64,000 nucleotides of DNA from Eremomyces bilateralis CBS 781.70 (taxonomy: Eukaryota): assembly GCA_010015585.1 (NCBI GenBank), contig ML975174.1; one strand, written 5' to 3'. A program made the translations under genes and the position numbers. This document shows positions 60,399-64,000 of this stretch, in pieces (the first letter of the stretch is position 1; each line of letters opens with the position of its first letter). The notes beneath the pieces were generated by a model, which ran no database searches, was not told the DNA's origin, and saw only the letters and a program-made list of their open reading frames with translations.

Positions 60399-61398
60399 TC
60401 ACTTCGTATTGCTTCGATTCCGACATCCGACGCCATCGCGAACCACGCGAATCTTCCAACTCGCCCCGTCGCCCGCATACACCAGCGTATCCTGCTTTCT
60501 CCTAATAAAGCCGCCACGGACTCGGCCGGTCACGGTGACATCCTTCGGGAGCGGTGCCGTCCGTATCGGCACCAACTCCGACTCCCGGCCCTCGTCGTCC
60601 ATGCCGAGACCGCTGTCCATTCTCTTTGCGGATGGATGCTGGGACGGGGTGGGCGGGGTGCTTAGGACCGCTTCGAGGTCATTGGCTTGGGAGATTAGTG
60701 CTTTGATGCCGGCGACGGAGGATTCGGCGCGGGAGCGGAGGTGGGCAGCGCAGGGAGGGCCCCAGTACGGGTCGTTGCTGATGGCGGAGACGAGAGGGGG
60801 AAGGAGGGGGGTAAAGTTGGGGAGGGTTGGCTTGTCGGGTTGACTGGGGGAGGCGGAGAGGAGACATGCGGTTAGGAGTAGGCGGATGGTGGATTCGGTT
60901 GAGAAGGAATAGACGGTGATGCAGGCTGTGGAATCACTTGGCTTAGTGGGGGGTCATTTCAAGTTGCGAGCTTTTCGTACCTGGACAGCTCCACGCCTTC
61001 GTTTCCATCCAGTCGAGCTCCTCGTTGACAAATATCCCTAACCAAACAAATGCACTCCTCGCGTCACGACTGTACGCAAGCTCCAAGTCATCCGGCAACG
61101 GGCGGCGGCCCTTGTTATTCGCGATATATCGCCGTTGCAGGACGTCTTCCGCATGCCTCTCGGCATGAAGGTATAACTTCGCCAACGGAGCGATCAGAGC
61201 ATGCAAGATGTCTCGATACAGCAGCCATGTGTGCCGATCCGAACCGCTTCCGCCGTGCGCAGCGCAGAAAGTACAGTTCAACGTCGCGGAGAGATGTTGA
61301 CGGAGGATCTGAAAGGTCGCGGAATCGCGCAATTGCTTCTCAAAAGCCGCCGGAAGCACGAACGGCAAAGCATCATGTTGAGCCGATGCGGTCGCCAT
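60399..61398 (-). CDS. Uncharacterised fungal protein; intron 60926-60980
   Basis: GTACGA..CTAAG..CAG intron joins ..EELDWMETKAWSCP to ACITVYSFSTESTIRL..NDPYWGP and stays open to the stop at 60399; CxxC motifs present. Confidence 0.7.
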
Positions 61399-62539
61399 TG
61401 TGAAATCCCGCATTCCGAACCACCTCAGTCCAGACTTCGATCCGATGGCAGCGATTGGGGGTCGTACCGTTTTCGTCGCGAGATGTCGGGGACGGGTCGC
61501 ATCCCTCGAACAATGGCAGATAAGTAGCGAGTGTTGTCCAAGTCCATCGCCGAGCGTCTTTGACGGCCTTCAGGAGAAAGGATGATCGGGAATCATCAGG
61601 AAGCGCGACTCGCGCTGCGCCTACCTACCTCTTATGTCCTGGCTTCCTGGGGCTGGTCGACAGTTGTCAGCAAGTGCTGAAAAGGAGGTAAGGATAAAGG
61701 AGGTCGCCGCGACGTTAGTCGGGAGGATCTAGCGCGATCCAGAGCCGTAGCGCTTTTTCTCCATGCGAATTGCGAAGCGCCACGCGAGTCGGCGGTAGGT
61801 CCCGTGGGGGAAACTGTTCCATTTTTGTACCCACCGGCCCGTTGGAGGTCGATGCGGATTTAGGGCGGGACCTAGTTGGCGACTAAATGAGATTATGCGA
61901 GGCTGGACCGCCAGAGGGCGGAGGCCGAGCTGGATATGATGGATATGGCTGAGTACAGACAGCCAAGTACCTCGTATTCTTGTCATCTCTATCGACCCAG
62001 GTCGACTTTGAAGGTTATTTGTGCTTATTGTTACCTTGAAGCTGAAACCTATTCTAAGTGCAGCGGTCTGCAGAAACATCCTGGAGGCTTGGAGCTGGAG
62101 TATATATTTGATATTCCTGGTTCAGACTCTGGCAAACTTGCTTTGTCCAAAGATAAGGATACCCGTCAACACAAATGATCTGGTACAAACGAAAGGACCT
62201 AAGTCACTTGTACTGGTGATACTACACAACAGTAAACGGTCAACTAGCAGATGATGATTTTGGACACCAAAGTCTGTCCTATTTATTGTTGTCACTAAGC
62301 CAAGAAGGTTAGACTATCAATCGTGCTGACGTTAGGCTCGATGCGAGAATGTAACATGAAGCCTGTAGAGTACTAGGGGCGTCCGATGGCCAGCTATTAG
62401 GCTTTCCTGCAGTCATCAGGATTATACCTCGGAGAGAGCCCCTCATCGATCTTCCGATCATCCTCGGAGTGCTCCCCAGAGCCTAGCATCCACATTACTC
62501 GATCGCTAATCAGAAGGATACCGAACCCGTATGGCGAAC

Positions 62540-64000
62540 TCACCCCCCCGTCGTAATCGCCATCCCAATTTCATGCTCCCGCCCATAACAACAGATCCCC
62601 TCCGCCGCCATCCCCACATGCCCAACCAATATCCCCGCCACCCGATCCCGCGTCTCCCTCGCCGACGGCCGCTCCTCCGGCAACGGCGAGACCATCCTCC
62701 GACATAGTCGCAGCAGCGCAGGCACTGCGCGAAACGCGCGGTGTTCCCGCGTTGCTGCCACCCCCTCCAAGTGATCCATCCAGGTGAGCAGCTTCGGCAC
62801 GTTCGCGTGGAACGACGCGTCGACGCGGCTGGGCCCCTTGGATTTCGGGCGGTCGGCGTCGAGTTTGGTGGCGCGGTGTTTGAGGAAGTCGGCGGGGCGT
62901 TGCTTGAGGAGGAAGGAGAGGAGGTCGAGGAAGAGGCAGCCGAGGGAGAAGATGTCGGAGTGGGGGGTGGGGATGGGGGGGTCGACAACGGGTTGGAGAG
63001 AGGAGGTGCGGGGGGTGCGGAAGTAGGTGAGGGCGCTGGTGGACTTGCGGCTAGAGGTGGAGGTGGTGCTGGAGGTGGAGACGGAGGGGCAGCGGTCGGA
63101 GGAGCTGGTGCTGGTGTTGGAGGCGCGTTCGAGGCGGAAGGAAGGGGATTTGATGGAGGTGAGGGCGGGCTGGGACTGTCTTCGGGTCGCTACTTGAAGC
63201 TCAGGGGCACTGTAGGTGTATTCTTCCTCGCGGTTCGCTTTCTTATCGCGCTGAAAGGTCCTTAGGCAGCCAATATCGCTGAATGCGATCGAGTTCTTGG
63301 AGTCGATGACGACGTTGCTCGGGCGGATGGCAGCATGGCAGAGACCATTCTGATGCATGACGATGAGAGCGTCCGCCAAGCAGTGCATCCAACCCAGCAG
63401 CAATCGATGTCGATCCGGCTTTGCCAGCCTCTGGTATTGCGGCGGATTACGGTGTGAGATGAAGGACTGTAGAGTATGCTGACCGCTGAACGTGGTGATC
63501 GTGTATCCATCCCCTTGAAAGGTGTAAGACGCATATATTGGCGCGATGTGCGGGTGCACGATCGACCTCGAGGTTCGCACATCTGCGATGAACTCTTCCT
63601 CCAACGCAGTGGACGACTGTGGCTCCTTCAAGCTCACTTTTCGTCGCACGAAAACTTCATGTGGCCGCTTCGGGAAATGCACTCGGTACCAGTCCTGCAA
63701 TGCCACAGCTGGGGGAAGTCGATGGACATACTCGATGGGAACAAACTCGTTGTGCGCGTAGTCGATATGCGAGCCTTCTTTGAGCTCCCGCAACAAGAAA
63801 GTGAATTGGGTGTTGTAAAAACGCCGGAACAAGGCATGATCAGGTTTCACCGACATCTTCAATTGGGGTACGGTATCCTCAGGAATCGGCAGGTCATCAT
63901 CGTCAAACGAATCATCCACGATGGCAAAGATCCGATCCGGAATTCCCAGGTCCTCCAAGATCATGAACCACCGTCGCGCCTTCTTGAGGATCCAGTCGAG
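62540..64000 (-). CDS. Protein-kinase-like protein (probable pseudokinase), 5'-partial
   Basis: HPHIAPIYASY, WMHCLADAL..MH..GLCHAAIRPSNVVID, FSDIG, YSAPE, SDIFSLGCLFLD, RM....PEERPSA; frame stays open to the window end. Confidence 0.85.
   Translation of the reverse strand, partial: LDWILKKARRWFMILEDLGIPDRIFAIVDDSFDDDDLPIPEDTVPQLKMSVKPDHALFRRFYNTQFTFLLRELKEGSHIDYAHNEFVPIEYVHRLPPAVALQDWYRVHFPKRPHEVFVRRKVSLKEPQSSTALEEEFIADVRTSRSIVHPHIAPIYASYTFQGDGYTITTFSGQHTLQSFISHRNPPQYQRLAKPDRHRLLLGWMHCLADALIVMHQNGLCHAAIRPSNVVIDSKNSIAFSDIGCLRTFQRDKKANREEEYTYSAPELQVATRRQSQPALTSIKSPSFRLERASNTSTSSSDRCPSVSTSSTTSTSSRKSTSALTYFRTPRTSSLQPVVDPPIPTPHSDIFSLGCLFLDLLSFLLKQRPADFLKHRATKLDADRPKSKGPSRVDASFHANVPKLLTWMDHLEGVAATREHRAFRAVPALLRLCRRMVSPLPEERPSARETRDRVAGILVGHVGMAAEGICCYGREHEIGMAITTGG

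Overview
Eukaryotic DNA from a filamentous ascomycete (Pezizomycotina; Dothideomycete-like by protein style, which is inference). Genes have short GT-AG introns with CTAAC/CTGAC branch points. The window holds about 19 intact protein-coding genes, mostly housekeeping: a Snf2/Sth1 remodeller, MMM1, two SDRs, Snt1, PIG-P/GPI19, DUF1774, BRO1, MDJ1, a Yim1-like MDR, SMC2, a GH72 GEL/GAS, COX15, LysRS and a kinase-like protein. Decayed gene relics lie between them (Ace1/SltA-like zinc-finger fragments, an SDR pseudogene, a SET-TPR remnant). No tRNA, rRNA, CRISPR array or intact transposon could be supported. Best leads: (1) a tandem pair of small genes resembling Ty1/Copia Gag N-termini, each with a 5'-UTR intron, one interrupted only by a TAG at the conserved Trp; (2) a HerA/VirB4-like P-loop ATPase with MCB-like promoter boxes, tail-to-tail with SMC2; (3) recurrent C-rich to G-rich skew inversions that ignore gene orientation; (4) a possible UUG-initiated presequence-like extension of LysRS. 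Family calls come from motif recognition by eye; no searches were run.
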